A stretch of DNA of 64,000 nt from Candidatus Iainarchaeum sp. Lineage in GTDB: Archaea > Iainarchaeota > Iainarchaeia > Iainarchaeales > GCA-2688035. Below the pieces are notes generated by a model that saw only the letters and a program-made list of their open reading frames with translations, did no database searches and was not told the DNA's origin. The stretch's first letter is position 1; each line of letters starts with the position of its first letter. The position numbers and the translations under genes were made by a program. This document shows, in pieces, positions 27,108-37,038 of the stretch. Location: positions 11,221 through 75,220 of the forward strand of contig JAFCCL010000005.1 in the NCBI GenBank assembly GCA_017610205.1, in the 5' to 3' direction.

Positions 27108-28277
27108 TTATACCTTTGGTTGTGAGCTTTTTATATAAAATAAAAATATTATTAAAATAAATGGCATTATTACTAAAAAGAATGCTGCCATTATTGGTAT
27201 GCCTAGTGGCAGCATTTCAAAGCTTGGCATGCTTGCTTTTATTGGGCTGTTTCTAATGCTTCCAAGTATTGCAACCATTACTGGCATTACAATTGCTCCA
27301 AATATAAAAACAACTCCGAAAAAGTTCATTCTTTGTCCAAACTCGCTTACTGCAAGCCTTAGGTTGAATGAAACATCTTCAGCTATGTCGTTCATACTTT
27401 CGCTTAATCTTCCGCCTGTTTTTAATGCTCTTACTATGTGAACAATTGCGCTTCTGAGTGACTTGCTTTGTGTTCTTAATGCAAGGTGCCTTAGTGCTTC
27501 TTGCGTATCAGTTCCTTCTTCTACTTCTGTTATAACTCTTGCAAATTCTTCACTTAATTCTCCATAGTCTGCCATTCCAATTGCCTGTATTGTTCTGTAA
27601 AGTCCTATTCCTGCTCTTATTTCTGTTGCCATGTGCCTTAGTGCAAATGGAAGTTCTAGGCTTACTGCGTTTCCTCTTGCAACTGCTTTTTGTTTTGGAA
27701 CAATGAGTATTATTATTGCTGTTATAATGAATGACAGTACTGCGATAAGAATTACTGCAAGTACTCTTGTTACTATTTGAATGTCCAGAATTGTCATCAC
27801 TGCTGCTGAAATAAGCAGGCTAATAATGAATACAATTGCTGATGCTGCAACTGTTAGTGCAACATATTGCTTACTGCTGTAATGCATATTTGCGCTGTAA
27901 AGATAAAAGGTAACCATTTCAAATTCGGGAAATTTTAGTATTACTTTTGCAACCGGTTTCAAAATTCCGCCAAGTTTTAGGTAAATTCCCGCCAGCAATT
28001 TTACCATTTTGCTTTTGACTTCTCTGAGCTCTTCAATGGTTTGTATTTCAATTTTTGCTCCCATGCCTTCTGCTATAAGGCCTCTTAGTTCTCTGAGGTT
28101 TCCTCCAACCTCTTCAAATTCAACTCCTTCTGCTCTGTATTTTTCACGCATTCTTTTTACAATTTTTTCAACCTTTTCCATGTCAACTTCTATTGGTTCG
28201 TTTGAACCAGTAGCTCCTTTTTTTCCCTTGGCTTTTTTTTGTGAAATATTGCTTTTCAGTTCGTCAAGTTTTGCCAT
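27108..28277 (-). CDS. TadB/FlaJ-like pilus platform membrane protein (single T2SSF domain)
   Basis: 389 aa; FALRHMATEIRAGIGLYRTIQAIG...LRSAIVHIVRALKTGGRLSESM = T2SS-F domain; adjacent to the ATPase. Confidence 0.6.
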   Translation of the reverse strand: MAKLDELKSNISQKKAKGKKGATGSNEPIEVDMEKVEKIVKRMREKYRAEGVEFEEVGGNLRELRGLIAEGMGAKIEIQTIEELREVKSKMVKLLAGIYLKLGGILKPVAKVILKFPEFEMVTFYLYSANMHYSSKQYVALTVAASAIVFIISLLISAAVMTILDIQIVTRVLAVILIAVLSFIITAIIILIVPKQKAVARGNAVSLELPFALRHMATEIRAGIGLYRTIQAIGMADYGELSEEFARVITEVEEGTDTQEALRHLALRTQSKSLRSAIVHIVRALKTGGRLSESMNDIAEDVSFNLRLAVSEFGQRMNFFGVVFIFGAIVMPVMVAILGSIRNSPIKASMPSFEMLPLGIPIMAAFFLVIMPFILIIFLFYIKSSQPKV

Positions 28278-31200
28278 TTATTTTCCCCTGTATACAAATT
28301 CGCTTGTTTTTTTCTTAACCTCTTCCATTCCCCTTACTCCTTCTTTGCATATTCTTTCAAGGAAAACCTGTCTTTGATTCAAATTATCTTTAACTGCCTG
28401 CCTGCTTAATCCTGTAAAGTCTTGCAGTATTTTCAGAAACTTTATTGGAATATCTGTTTTTTCAAGCTTGTCTTTAACCGGGTCTCTTGCAAAAATTGTT
28501 TGGGTTTGCGCATGCTTTAAGAGAACGCCGCTTAATTCTGCAATTTCTGTAATTCTTCTTATTGTTCCTTTTCTTTTGTCGTGAATTTTGTGTTCAATAA
28601 TTATAATGTCAAGACCTGAGAGCATTACCTCCGGAACGTTCATTGGCGGTGAGGTTACTCTAACAATTGTTTCCTGTGGAGAATTTGCATGGATTGTTCC
28701 CAAACAGTTTGAAACAATTATTCCGTTTGCGATATAATTATGGTTTCCTTCTACTGTTAAATCATAAACATCGCCTTCAAATTCTTCTTCTTTAATTGAA
28801 ACAATTTCTTCAAATCTTGTATCTGATTGTTCCATAATTTTTAACTGTTTTGAAGTTTCGTTTTGCAGCAAATCGCATATTTTTGCAAGCTGTTTTCTTG
28901 AAGGTCTCCTGGCACTTGTTTCATATGACCTGATATTGCTGCCTGTTGTTGCTCCAAGCAAGGCTCCCAATTCATCCTGTGTAAATCCTGCTTCAAGCCT
29001 TGCATTTTTGAGTGTTCTTTCCATATTTGGAAACAAATCAAGGCTGTTTTTTGATTTTTTGACAAGTACTTCTAATTTTTCTTTTTTCTTTTTGTGTACA
29101 AATCCGATTTTTTCTTCAAACTTTTCAAGATTGTCTTTTCCATAGATTGATATTCTATAATAGGGTCTAATGTTTCCTTTACCGTCTTTTTCCTGGGCAT
29201 ATGTTGACGAGGTTATACCAAATCTCATCAAAATTATTGGAAGTTTTCTTGCAAGGTCTTTGTTTGCTGTGCTGAACTGGATGCAGTTTGCAAACAGGTT
29301 TACGTGGGCTTCACAGTCATATAATCCTTGTAAAAGCAAGGCTATTCCGCTGTCTTTTGCCGTAAGTGTTTTTTCAGTCATTTTGAAGATTTTTGTTTTG
29401 TTTCCAATTGGCATTTCATATTCTTTATTTATTTTTTTAATCAGTTTTTTATCGCAAATCTGCACTCTTGAAAATCCCTCATAATCAAATCTGCTTATTT
29501 TGTTTTCAGTCAATGGCAAAATTTCTTCTTTAAATTTTTTGATTAATGATTCTTCTTTGTTGACAAATTGAATTGCTTCTATGCCAAGGTGTCCATCGCC
29601 ATAAATCAAACCTGTGAGATAGGGCTGTAGTAGCTTTTTTTCAGCTTCAATTTCTATTCCTGTTGGAATAGCAATAAAATTTCCTGTTTTTGCCTCGCAT
29701 GCATTGATTTCCTGCAATCCATTACTGATTTTGTAAATCGGGTGGTCTTTTGTAAGTAAAAGTTCTTTTCCGCTCTTAAGCCTGATTTTACACAACTTTT
29801 CTTTTGTGCGTTTTCTCCAGACATGTGTTACTTTTTTGTTTTCAATTTTTAGGGTTTGTTTGTTTAACGATGGCACCATAATTTTTTTGCCTGTTTCAAC
29901 AAATTCAAAGTTACCTTCTTTCACAGGGTCTTTTTCTTCAAATTCTTTTTCTACAAGGTTTGCTATTTCGGAAATATTTCCATCGGAAAGTTGTATTAAT
30001 GTGTTTCCAATTACCGCTCCATCGTGACCTGTATTTAGTGCTGTAAATAATGTGAATGCTTCATCGTGCCTTACTTCTCCGACAATTATTCTGTCTGGCC
30101 TCATTCTCAAACTGTTTTTTGTCAAAACGTCAAGTGTTAATTCGCCTTTTCCTTCAAGTCCTGGTGGCCTTGCTTCCAGTCTTACCCAATGCTTTAACGG
30201 CAAAGCAAGTTCTGCAGTGTCTTCTATTGTAACAATTCTTTCAGTATCCGGAATGAATGCTGCAAGGCAGTTTAATGTTGTTGTTTTTCCTGACCCAGTT
30301 CCTCCTGATATCAGGATGTTTGCCGGTTTTGCTCCAAGTCCGTCAACGCACAACCATAGGAAGGCTGCTGCTTCTGCTGAAATTGTTCCGTTTTTTATAA
30401 GGTCTACTATAGTGTAAGGGTCTTTTCTAAATTTTCTGATTGTAAGAGTTGCGCCTTCAACAGAGGCTGGTGGAATTGTTGCATTTACTCTGCTTCCATC
30501 AGGCATTCTTGCATCAAGCAATGGCGAGCTTATGTCAACACGTCTTCCGACATTTCTTGCAATTCTGTTAATCAAATCAATTATTTCTTTGTCTGAATAA
30601 AATTCAATATTGCTTGACATCATTTCATATTTTCTGTGAAAAAGGTAAACTGGTTTTTTTGCTCCAATAACCATAATTTCTTCAAGGTTGTCGTCTACTA
30701 CAAGTGGGTCTATAATTCCGTAGCCAACCATTTCTCTTATAACTGATTCTGCATAAAATGGAAACCTTCTTTCAGGAATGTGGAGTTCCGGGCTGTTTCT
30801 TAGAATTTCAAGAACACGCTGTCTGTAAACATTTCTTCGCTGTTCAATATCCCGTACTTTGTATGGGGTGATTGCAATTAGTCTTGTGGCAGCCTCTTTT
30901 ATTGTGTTGATTACTGCTTTTTCCTGCTTGGTTGGTCTTGCCACTGGCACAACATAGTATGGCAGTGATTTTCCTGGCACACTGTAAATTTTTACGTTTG
31001 AATATTTTTCAATAAGTTTTTTTTCAGGTGCTGTTTCAAGTTCTTTTTCAACTGTACTTTTCTTTTTTTCGTCAGTTTCTTCAACAATTTCTTCTTCTGG
31101 AGGAAGTTCTGGAACTTTTTCCCGAATCGGTTTTGCTTCAGGTTCTGTTTTTACAATCGGTTTTGTTGCAGGTTCTGTAGCAGGTTCTGTTTTTGGCTTT

Positions 31201-31361
31201 GTTTCCGGTTTTGGAACGTGGCCTTTCTTTATTTGTTCAATTTCTTTTGGAACTTTTGCTCCCTGCTCTGCCTTTTTTGGGGCTTTTTCAGTTTCCAGTT
31301 CTTCTTTTTTAGCCAGCTTTACCTTTTTTATAAGGTCTGCCAAATAGTCTTCTTCTGCCAT
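28278..31361 (-). CDS. TadA/KlbA-family type IV pilus assembly ATPase interrupted by an intein; K/E/P-rich low-complexity N-terminal extension
   Basis: Walker A ILISGGTGSGKTTTLN; extein junction NTGHDG|...|CLGTIHANSPQE reconstitutes the family motif TGHxG(x)LxT(I/L)HANS seen intact in the 6614-8173 paralogue. Confidence 0.85.
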   Translation of the reverse strand: MAEEDYLADLIKKVKLAKKEELETEKAPKKAEQGAKVPKEIEQIKKGHVPKPETKPKTEPATEPATKPIVKTEPEAKPIREKVPELPPEEEIVEETDEKKKSTVEKELETAPEKKLIEKYSNVKIYSVPGKSLPYYVVPVARPTKQEKAVINTIKEAATRLIAITPYKVRDIEQRRNVYRQRVLEILRNSPELHIPERRFPFYAESVIREMVGYGIIDPLVVDDNLEEIMVIGAKKPVYLFHRKYEMMSSNIEFYSDKEIIDLINRIARNVGRRVDISSPLLDARMPDGSRVNATIPPASVEGATLTIRKFRKDPYTIVDLIKNGTISAEAAAFLWLCVDGLGAKPANILISGGTGSGKTTTLNCLAAFIPDTERIVTIEDTAELALPLKHWVRLEARPPGLEGKGELTLDVLTKNSLRMRPDRIIVGEVRHDEAFTLFTALNTGHDGAVIGNTLIQLSDGNISEIANLVEKEFEEKDPVKEGNFEFVETGKKIMVPSLNKQTLKIENKKVTHVWRKRTKEKLCKIRLKSGKELLLTKDHPIYKISNGLQEINACEAKTGNFIAIPTGIEIEAEKKLLQPYLTGLIYGDGHLGIEAIQFVNKEESLIKKFKEEILPLTENKISRFDYEGFSRVQICDKKLIKKINKEYEMPIGNKTKIFKMTEKTLTAKDSGIALLLQGLYDCEAHVNLFANCIQFSTANKDLARKLPIILMRFGITSSTYAQEKDGKGNIRPYYRISIYGKDNLEKFEEKIGFVHKKKKEKLEVLVKKSKNSLDLFPNMERTLKNARLEAGFTQDELGALLGATTGSNIRSYETSARRPSRKQLAKICDLLQNETSKQLKIMEQSDTRFEEIVSIKEEEFEGDVYDLTVEGNHNYIANGIIVSNCLGTIHANSPQETIVRVTSPPMNVPEVMLSGLDIIIIEHKIHDKRKGTIRRITEIAELSGVLLKHAQTQTIFARDPVKDKLEKTDIPIKFLKILQDFTGLSRQAVKDNLNQRQVFLERICKEGVRGMEEVKKKTSEFVYRGK
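28707..30017 (-). mobile_element. 437-aa intein starting with Ala (class-2 / KlbA-type) inside the pilus ATPase; contains a LAGLIDADG homing endonuclease and an XRE-type HTH
   Basis: Starts AVIGNTLIQLSDGN, ends ...GIIVSN with +1 Cys; LAGLIDADG motifs LTGLIYGDGHLG and LQGLYDCEAHVN; HTH LKNARLEAGFTQDELGALLGATTGSNIRSYE. Confidence 0.75.
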
Positions 31362-31421
31362 ACCATTAACAAAAAGACATTCTATTATATAAACTTTAAT
31401 AGTGACCTTGTTTTGCTGTGG

Positions 31422-33212
31422 CTATTTTCTTTCCTTTATTTCTTCATACATTTTTTTTGTAAATTTGTCTGTTTTTATTTCGCCTGTTACCTTTCCATTT
31501 CTGGTCCTTACAGTAACAGTTCCGTCTTTTTGTTCCCTGTCTCCTGCAACCAAAATATAGGGTATTTTTTTCAGTTGTGCGTCTCTTACTTTTGCTGAAA
31601 CGCTTTCCTGCCTTGAATCAACCAAAACCCTAAGTCCTTTTTCTTCCAGTTCTTTTTTTACTTTTTCAGCATATTTTACATGTCTGTCGGCAATTGGAAT
31701 TAAGGAAACCTGTGTTGGAGCAAGCCAAAGCGGGAATGCTCCGCCATAATGTTCAATCAATATTCCAAAAAATCTTTCAAGCGAACCATAAATAACCCTG
31801 TGAAGCATTACCGGCCTGTGTTGTTTGTCGTCTTTTCCAACATAGCTTAAGTCGAATTTTTCAGGCATGCTGAAGTCAAGTTGGATTGTGGCACACTGCC
31901 ATGTTCTTCCCAAACTGTCCTTTATGTGAAAATCAATCTTTGGACCGTAGAATGCACCGTCTCCATAGTTTATTTTAAACTTCATTTTCTTTTTTTGCAA
32001 TGCTTTTTGCAATGAATTTTCTGCAACCTCCCACATTTTTTTGCTTCCCATTGCGTTTGCAGGCTTTGTACTTAATTCCACATGGTAACTAAATCCAAAC
32101 ACTTTGTAAAACCTGTCAATCAGGTCAATGATGTTTATTATCTCCTGTTCTAGCTGCTCTTCTGTACAGTAGATATGAGCATCATCTTGCGTAAACTTCC
32201 TTACCCTAAACAGCCCGTTAAGCACTCCGCTTAGCTCATGCCTGTGCACTGTGCCAAGCTCTGCCACCCTCATCGGAAGTTCCCTGTAACTTCTCCTTTT
32301 TGTTTTGTAAACAAGCATTCCTCCTGGGCAGTTCATTGGCTTTACTGCAAATTCTTCTCCGTCAATTTGCGTAAAGTACATGTTTTCCTTGTAGTGATCC
32401 CAGTGGCCTGATTGTTCCCAAAGCTCTTTCTTCAAAATCATTGGCGTACTAATTTCTTGATAGTCTGCCTTCAAATGCTCTTCTCTCCAAAATTTAACCA
32501 ATTCATTTAACACAACCATTCCCTTTGAGTGAATGAAGGCAGTGCCTGGAGCCTCTGCATGCATGCTAAACAAGTCCAAAGCCTTTCCAAGCTTTAAGTG
32601 GTTTCTTTTCTCTGCCTCTTCCTTCAAGTGCAGCCATTGCCTCAGCATTTTTTTGTCAGGAAAGCTTATGCCGTAAATCCTTTGAAGCATTTTGTTTTTT
32701 TCGCTTCCTTTCCAGTATGCCCCTGAAACGCGCAAAAGCTTTACTGCTCCTATCTTCCCTGTGCTTTCAATGTGCGGGCCTTTGCACAAATCGGCAAATT
32801 TTCCGCTTGTGTAAGTTGAAACTTTCTTTCCTGGCAATTCTTTAATGAGTTCAATTTTGTATGGCTCGCTTTTGAACTGCTTTAATGCCTCTGCCTTTTC
32901 AATGTCTTTTTTTACAAACTTTTTGTTTGCTTTAATTATTTCAAGCATTTTTTTTTCTATTTTTTTCAAATTCTCTGGCTTGAATGGCTTGGTGTCAAAA
33001 TCGTAATAAAAGCCGTTTTCAATTGCAGGCCCAATCCCAAGCTTGGCTTTTGGATAAAGCTCTTTTACTGCCTCGGCCAAAACATGGCTTGTGCTGTGCC
33101 AGAAGCGTTTTCTGTCATCTGCCTTTTTCCAGTCAACTTTTGCCATATTCAAAAATAAGCCCCTAACCTTATTTAAAATTGTGGTAATTTGCCTTTGCAG
33201 CCTTATTTCCAC
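31422..33212 (-). CDS. thrS: threonyl-tRNA synthetase (class II)
   Basis: 596 aa; class II catalytic core motifs and C-terminal anticodon-binding domain. Confidence 0.9.
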   Translation of the reverse strand: MEIRLQRQITTILNKVRGLFLNMAKVDWKKADDRKRFWHSTSHVLAEAVKELYPKAKLGIGPAIENGFYYDFDTKPFKPENLKKIEKKMLEIIKANKKFVKKDIEKAEALKQFKSEPYKIELIKELPGKKVSTYTSGKFADLCKGPHIESTGKIGAVKLLRVSGAYWKGSEKNKMLQRIYGISFPDKKMLRQWLHLKEEAEKRNHLKLGKALDLFSMHAEAPGTAFIHSKGMVVLNELVKFWREEHLKADYQEISTPMILKKELWEQSGHWDHYKENMYFTQIDGEEFAVKPMNCPGGMLVYKTKRRSYRELPMRVAELGTVHRHELSGVLNGLFRVRKFTQDDAHIYCTEEQLEQEIINIIDLIDRFYKVFGFSYHVELSTKPANAMGSKKMWEVAENSLQKALQKKKMKFKINYGDGAFYGPKIDFHIKDSLGRTWQCATIQLDFSMPEKFDLSYVGKDDKQHRPVMLHRVIYGSLERFFGILIEHYGGAFPLWLAPTQVSLIPIADRHVKYAEKVKKELEEKGLRVLVDSRQESVSAKVRDAQLKKIPYILVAGDREQKDGTVTVRTRNGKVTGEIKTDKFTKKMYEEIKERK

Positions 33213-33249
33213 AGATACAATAAAATACTACTTCATCGGCATTTATAGT

Positions 33250-34038
33250 ATGGCAAGATTCCGTAAAAGAAAAACCCCTGCTCTTTTGCTTGAAAGAAGG
33301 GCAGCTGGAAGAGATGACATAAGGGAAAGAAATTGGAGCGAAAACCCTTTGGGAGAAGCCTTTACCAAAGAACAACTACATGAGAAAACAAAACGCCTTA
33401 AGTTCTATGAGTCTATGGAGGAAGCAGGCAACCCAAAGCAGTACAGGCAGCACAAGATACTTCAGGGAAGGATAGCGCGTTTTATTAAAGCAAGGCCAAG
33501 TAGGCACTTGGGTATGGAAATTGTAAAAGGCCAAAAGCACGGCTATTACTACGTTAAAATAAAGAGTATTTCAACAGACCAGCCAATATTTATCAGGCTA
33601 GATAGGCCACACTTTAAGGAAGCGGTCAGCTTCCTGGAAAAAGGAAAGTCTACTGGAGAAATCCCTGAAATTTTGCGTGAAAGAAGACCGATTCGTGAAA
33701 TGGATGACGTAACAAAAAGAGATTGGAGCAAAAACCGCTTGGGAAAAGTCTTTACCAAAGAACCAAAGAACCTAAAATTGTGTAGGTTTTATGCAACTCA
33801 AGAACAATTAGGTAATCCAGAGCTGTACAAGCAGCACAAACTGTTTGAGAAAAAAATAAGGTATTTAATTAGCGCCAGGCCAATTAGGGATAGCAGCATG
33901 ACCATTCTGAAAGGCCGGTTTGGCAAATACTATGTTCGAATAAGCAGCAATCGAACAGACAGCTCTATATTAATCAGAATAGACGAGCCAGTCTTTAAAA
34001 AGGCAGTCAAGTTCCTGGAAAAAAGTGGAAAAGCCTAG
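33250..34038 (+). CDS. hypothetical protein built of two tandem ~115-aa internal repeats
   Basis: Repeat 1 ...NWSENPLGEAFTKEQLHEKTKRLKFYESMEEAGNPKQYRQHKILQGRIARFIKARPSRHLGMEIVKGQKHGYYYVKIKS...FIRLDRPHFKEAVSFLEK is mirrored by repeat 2 ...DWSKNRLGKVFTKEPKNLKLCRFYATQEQLGNPELYKQHKLFEKKIRYLISARPIRDSSMTILKGRFGKYYVRISS...LIRIDEPVFKKAVKFLEK. Start set at MARFRKRK because the longer ORF would overlap thrS. Confidence 0.4.
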   Translation: MARFRKRKTPALLLERRAAGRDDIRERNWSENPLGEAFTKEQLHEKTKRLKFYESMEEAGNPKQYRQHKILQGRIARFIKARPSRHLGMEIVKGQKHGYYYVKIKSISTDQPIFIRLDRPHFKEAVSFLEKGKSTGEIPEILRERRPIREMDDVTKRDWSKNRLGKVFTKEPKNLKLCRFYATQEQLGNPELYKQHKLFEKKIRYLISARPIRDSSMTILKGRFGKYYVRISSNRTDSSILIRIDEPVFKKAVKFLEKSGKA

Positions 34039-34904
34039 GCGCCTTCCCTGTAAATTTTAACAATCATTACAACTGAAGCAAGTTCAATCCAGATTCCTAA
34101 AACAATCCCAATTATTGCTGTTGGGTCAACCATTTGTACCATTACAACAAGGCCGCCAACAATTCCCATTAAGAGCAGTGCTCCAAAATTTCTTAAATAA
34201 TTTGCTTTTCCTGCTTCGTATCCTTTTCTAACACTTTCCAAAGCTGGTTTTTTTCCAAACACTGCTGTTGGAAACCATAGGAAAACTAGTGGGTTTACAA
34301 AAAGCATTATTGTTGCCATAACCGAAAATGCCAAACCAAGTACAACAAATACAGGTATTAGCCCATTAATTAATACTTCTGTAGAGTTTGATGCAAGTGC
34401 ATTTGTAACAATATCCACTGGCAGTATATTTGTGCCAATTATGAATGACATTGCCGGAACTATTATCAAAAGCATTATGATTGCACTTACAAGCATTTCA
34501 AGCAGGGAAACGCCAACAAGCGTTTGCCATTTTCCAAAAGCAAATCTTAAGTTTTCTTCAATTGAAACCTTTTTTTCTTTAATGTATTGGCCAAGGCTTT
34601 TGTAATAAAAACCGTTGATAATTGACAATGCCACAACAAACAATACAAGTAATACAAACACCCCAATTACTACGACTGCAATTAACGGCGCAATAGTTCC
34701 TATTGCGGCAAATCCTGCGCCTATTACAATAAATGGCAGTGAAACAATTCCAATTGCAATCATTGCAATTATTCCAAAAACAATTGCCATTAGCGGAACT
34801 ACAAAAATGTTCAAGTCAAAGGTTGTTTTGATTGACTCTGAAAAAAGCTCTACTGCTCCGGCTGTTTTTTTCACAGCTTTTTTCGCAGTCTTTTTCCTTG
34901 GCAT
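34035..34904 (-). CDS. polytopic membrane protein, function unknown
   Basis: ORF track; 6 or more hydrophobic segments. Confidence 0.35.
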   Translation of the reverse strand: MPRKKTAKKAVKKTAGAVELFSESIKTTFDLNIFVVPLMAIVFGIIAMIAIGIVSLPFIVIGAGFAAIGTIAPLIAVVVIGVFVLLVLFVVALSIINGFYYKSLGQYIKEKKVSIEENLRFAFGKWQTLVGVSLLEMLVSAIIMLLIIVPAMSFIIGTNILPVDIVTNALASNSTEVLINGLIPVFVVLGLAFSVMATIMLFVNPLVFLWFPTAVFGKKPALESVRKGYEAGKANYLRNFGALLLMGIVGGLVVMVQMVDPTAIIGIVLGIWIELASVVMIVKIYREGA

Positions 34905-35013
34905 AATGCATTATTACCGTGTTTCCTGAATAAATAACTTTCCATTCACCGGAAACCTGCTCACTGCTTACTATTTTAATTCATTAATTAAAGAAATAAT
35001 ATAGTGGTAAAGA

Positions 35014-36243
35014 TTGATTTCGCCAAAGCTTTGTATACGCTGCAAGGGCAAGCTTTTATGCGGGCTAAGCTATTGTCCAATTCTTAAAAAGAACAGTGCA
35101 AGACACAAGTCTGTTTCAAACATTAAGGGAAACGAATTTGTTGGAAGCAGTCCTCCCTCGCTTTTTGTTTCCTGGACAAACTATCCAAAAGTACAAATTG
35201 CGCCACTAAGCCCAACTGAAGTGTTTGACACTGCCAAATTTGACATTCCAGAGCAATGGTTTGGATTGCCTTCTGAGGAAATAATTTCTTTCAGGGAACA
35301 GCTTTTGCGCGGCAACAAGCCAATTGACATTAAAGCCGCTGCAAATCCTTCCTACGAGCTTGTTGAAATGCAGGAGCTTGCAATGTCAACAAAGCCAACA
35401 GCTATTGATGTAAAGCTTAAGTCAACTCCAAAATCCAGTGTTTCGTTTAGTGAAAGGGTTGCCCCAATGGGGCCAAGTGCTCCATTGCTCAAAATGAAGC
35501 TTGATGAAAATCCAAGCATCCCAAAAAAGATTGATTACGCTGTTTCAGATACAGACCTCAAATCAACAGATGCAGTAATTTCCCTGTACAATTCGGGTTT
35601 TCACATCAGCCGCCTCCACAAGCTTTTAAGTGCAGGAACTCTGGGCATTGGAAAAAACAGAAAGTTTGTGCCTACAAGATATTCAATAACTGCTGTCGAT
35701 TCAAATGTTTCAAAAAATCTGATTGAAGAAAAGGTAAAGTACTTTCAGCAAATTGGAGAATTTCAGTTATTCCATTCAAATTATCTGGACAACGATTTTT
35801 GGATTCTTCTCATTCCTAGCTCTTGGGCGTTTGAGCAATTGGAGTCCTGGTTTCCTGGAAGCGATTGGGCTGGCGATGCAAAGGAACCAATCATTGCCCA
35901 AGACCATGAGTTCTATGGCGGAAGAAAAACCTACGCTTCAAATATTACTGGAGCGTACTATTCTGCAAGGCTTGCTGTTGCAGAATTTTTAAGTATAAAG
36001 AAAAGGCAGGCAGCAGCAATCGTCTTCAGAGAAATTGGAGCAGGATATGCCATGCCGTTAGGCGTCTGGCAGACGCGAGAGAATTCCAGAAATGCTTTAA
36101 GGCAAAAGCCACTAACTTTTTCAAGTCTTGAGTTGGCTCTTGCATTTCTTTCAAGAAAACTCAAGATTCCAATGGTTAAGTATAAGCAGGAAAGTAAGTT
36201 GTTGGATTTCTTGCAACACCAAAAGAGGCTTTTTGACTTCTAA
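35014..36243 (+). CDS. archaeal Nre-family protein (NreA-like, putative DNA repair)
   Basis: N-terminal LCIRCKGKLLCGLSYCPIL Zn-binding signature typical of the Nre N-terminal domain; 409 aa. Confidence 0.5.
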   Translation: MISPKLCIRCKGKLLCGLSYCPILKKNSARHKSVSNIKGNEFVGSSPPSLFVSWTNYPKVQIAPLSPTEVFDTAKFDIPEQWFGLPSEEIISFREQLLRGNKPIDIKAAANPSYELVEMQELAMSTKPTAIDVKLKSTPKSSVSFSERVAPMGPSAPLLKMKLDENPSIPKKIDYAVSDTDLKSTDAVISLYNSGFHISRLHKLLSAGTLGIGKNRKFVPTRYSITAVDSNVSKNLIEEKVKYFQQIGEFQLFHSNYLDNDFWILLIPSSWAFEQLESWFPGSDWAGDAKEPIIAQDHEFYGGRKTYASNITGAYYSARLAVAEFLSIKKRQAAAIVFREIGAGYAMPLGVWQTRENSRNALRQKPLTFSSLELALAFLSRKLKIPMVKYKQESKLLDFLQHQKRLFDF

Positions 36244-36279
36244 GATTTGCTTTTAAACAATTCTGAACACATTTTTATC

Positions 36280-37038
36280 ATGCAGGAAAAGCTTTCATTC
36301 AAAAACAGCAAGGGAGACAAGCTTTCAGCTGTTCTCTCTAATCCAAGTGGCAACAAGGAAAACCTGATTGTTGTTATGTGCCATGGCTTTGATTCAAGCA
36401 AGGAAAGTCAAACCTACTTTAAACTTGAAAAGGCTTTGAATAAGAAAAGAATTGCTTCCTTTCGCTTTGACTTCTTTGGACATGGTGAAAGTGAGGGCAA
36501 GTTTGAGGACATTACGATTTCAGAAGCTGTTGATGATACAATACAGGCAATCTCTTTTCTGAGGCAGCATGGTTTCAAAAAAATTGCATTGTTTGGCTCA
36601 AGCTTTGGCGGCATGGCTGCACTACTTGCTGCTTCCAAGCTGCCTGATTTGAATTGCCTTGTCTTAAAGTCCCCTGTCTCAGACTACCTTGGAAAAATTT
36701 CTGCAAAAGAAGATAAAGTGGATGTTGAGCAGTGGAAGAAGGATGGTTTTATCTGGCACGAGACCAAAAGAGGCAAACTAAGGCTGAATTACTCTTTTTT
36801 TGAGGACGCGGAAAAGTTTAGCGGCTTTGAGGCTGCAGAGAAAATCAATGTTCCAACACTAATTGTTCACGGTTCATGGGATAAGGTTGTGCCAGTTGAA
36901 CAATCAAAGAAAACTGCTTTCCTTATTCCAAATTGCAGGCTTGAAATAGTTGAGGGGGCAAACCACAAGTATTCAAACCCAGAGGAATTTGAGAAAATGC
37001 TAAAACTTGTTTCAGAATTTGTTGAAGGGAATTCCTAA
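36280..37038 (+). CDS. alpha/beta-fold hydrolase
   Basis: GSSFGG nucleophile elbow (GxSxG); C-terminal His region; start at MQEKLSFKN. Confidence 0.6.
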   Translation: MQEKLSFKNSKGDKLSAVLSNPSGNKENLIVVMCHGFDSSKESQTYFKLEKALNKKRIASFRFDFFGHGESEGKFEDITISEAVDDTIQAISFLRQHGFKKIALFGSSFGGMAALLAASKLPDLNCLVLKSPVSDYLGKISAKEDKVDVEQWKKDGFIWHETKRGKLRLNYSFFEDAEKFSGFEAAEKINVPTLIVHGSWDKVVPVEQSKKTAFLIPNCRLEIVEGANHKYSNPEEFEKMLKLVSEFVEGNS

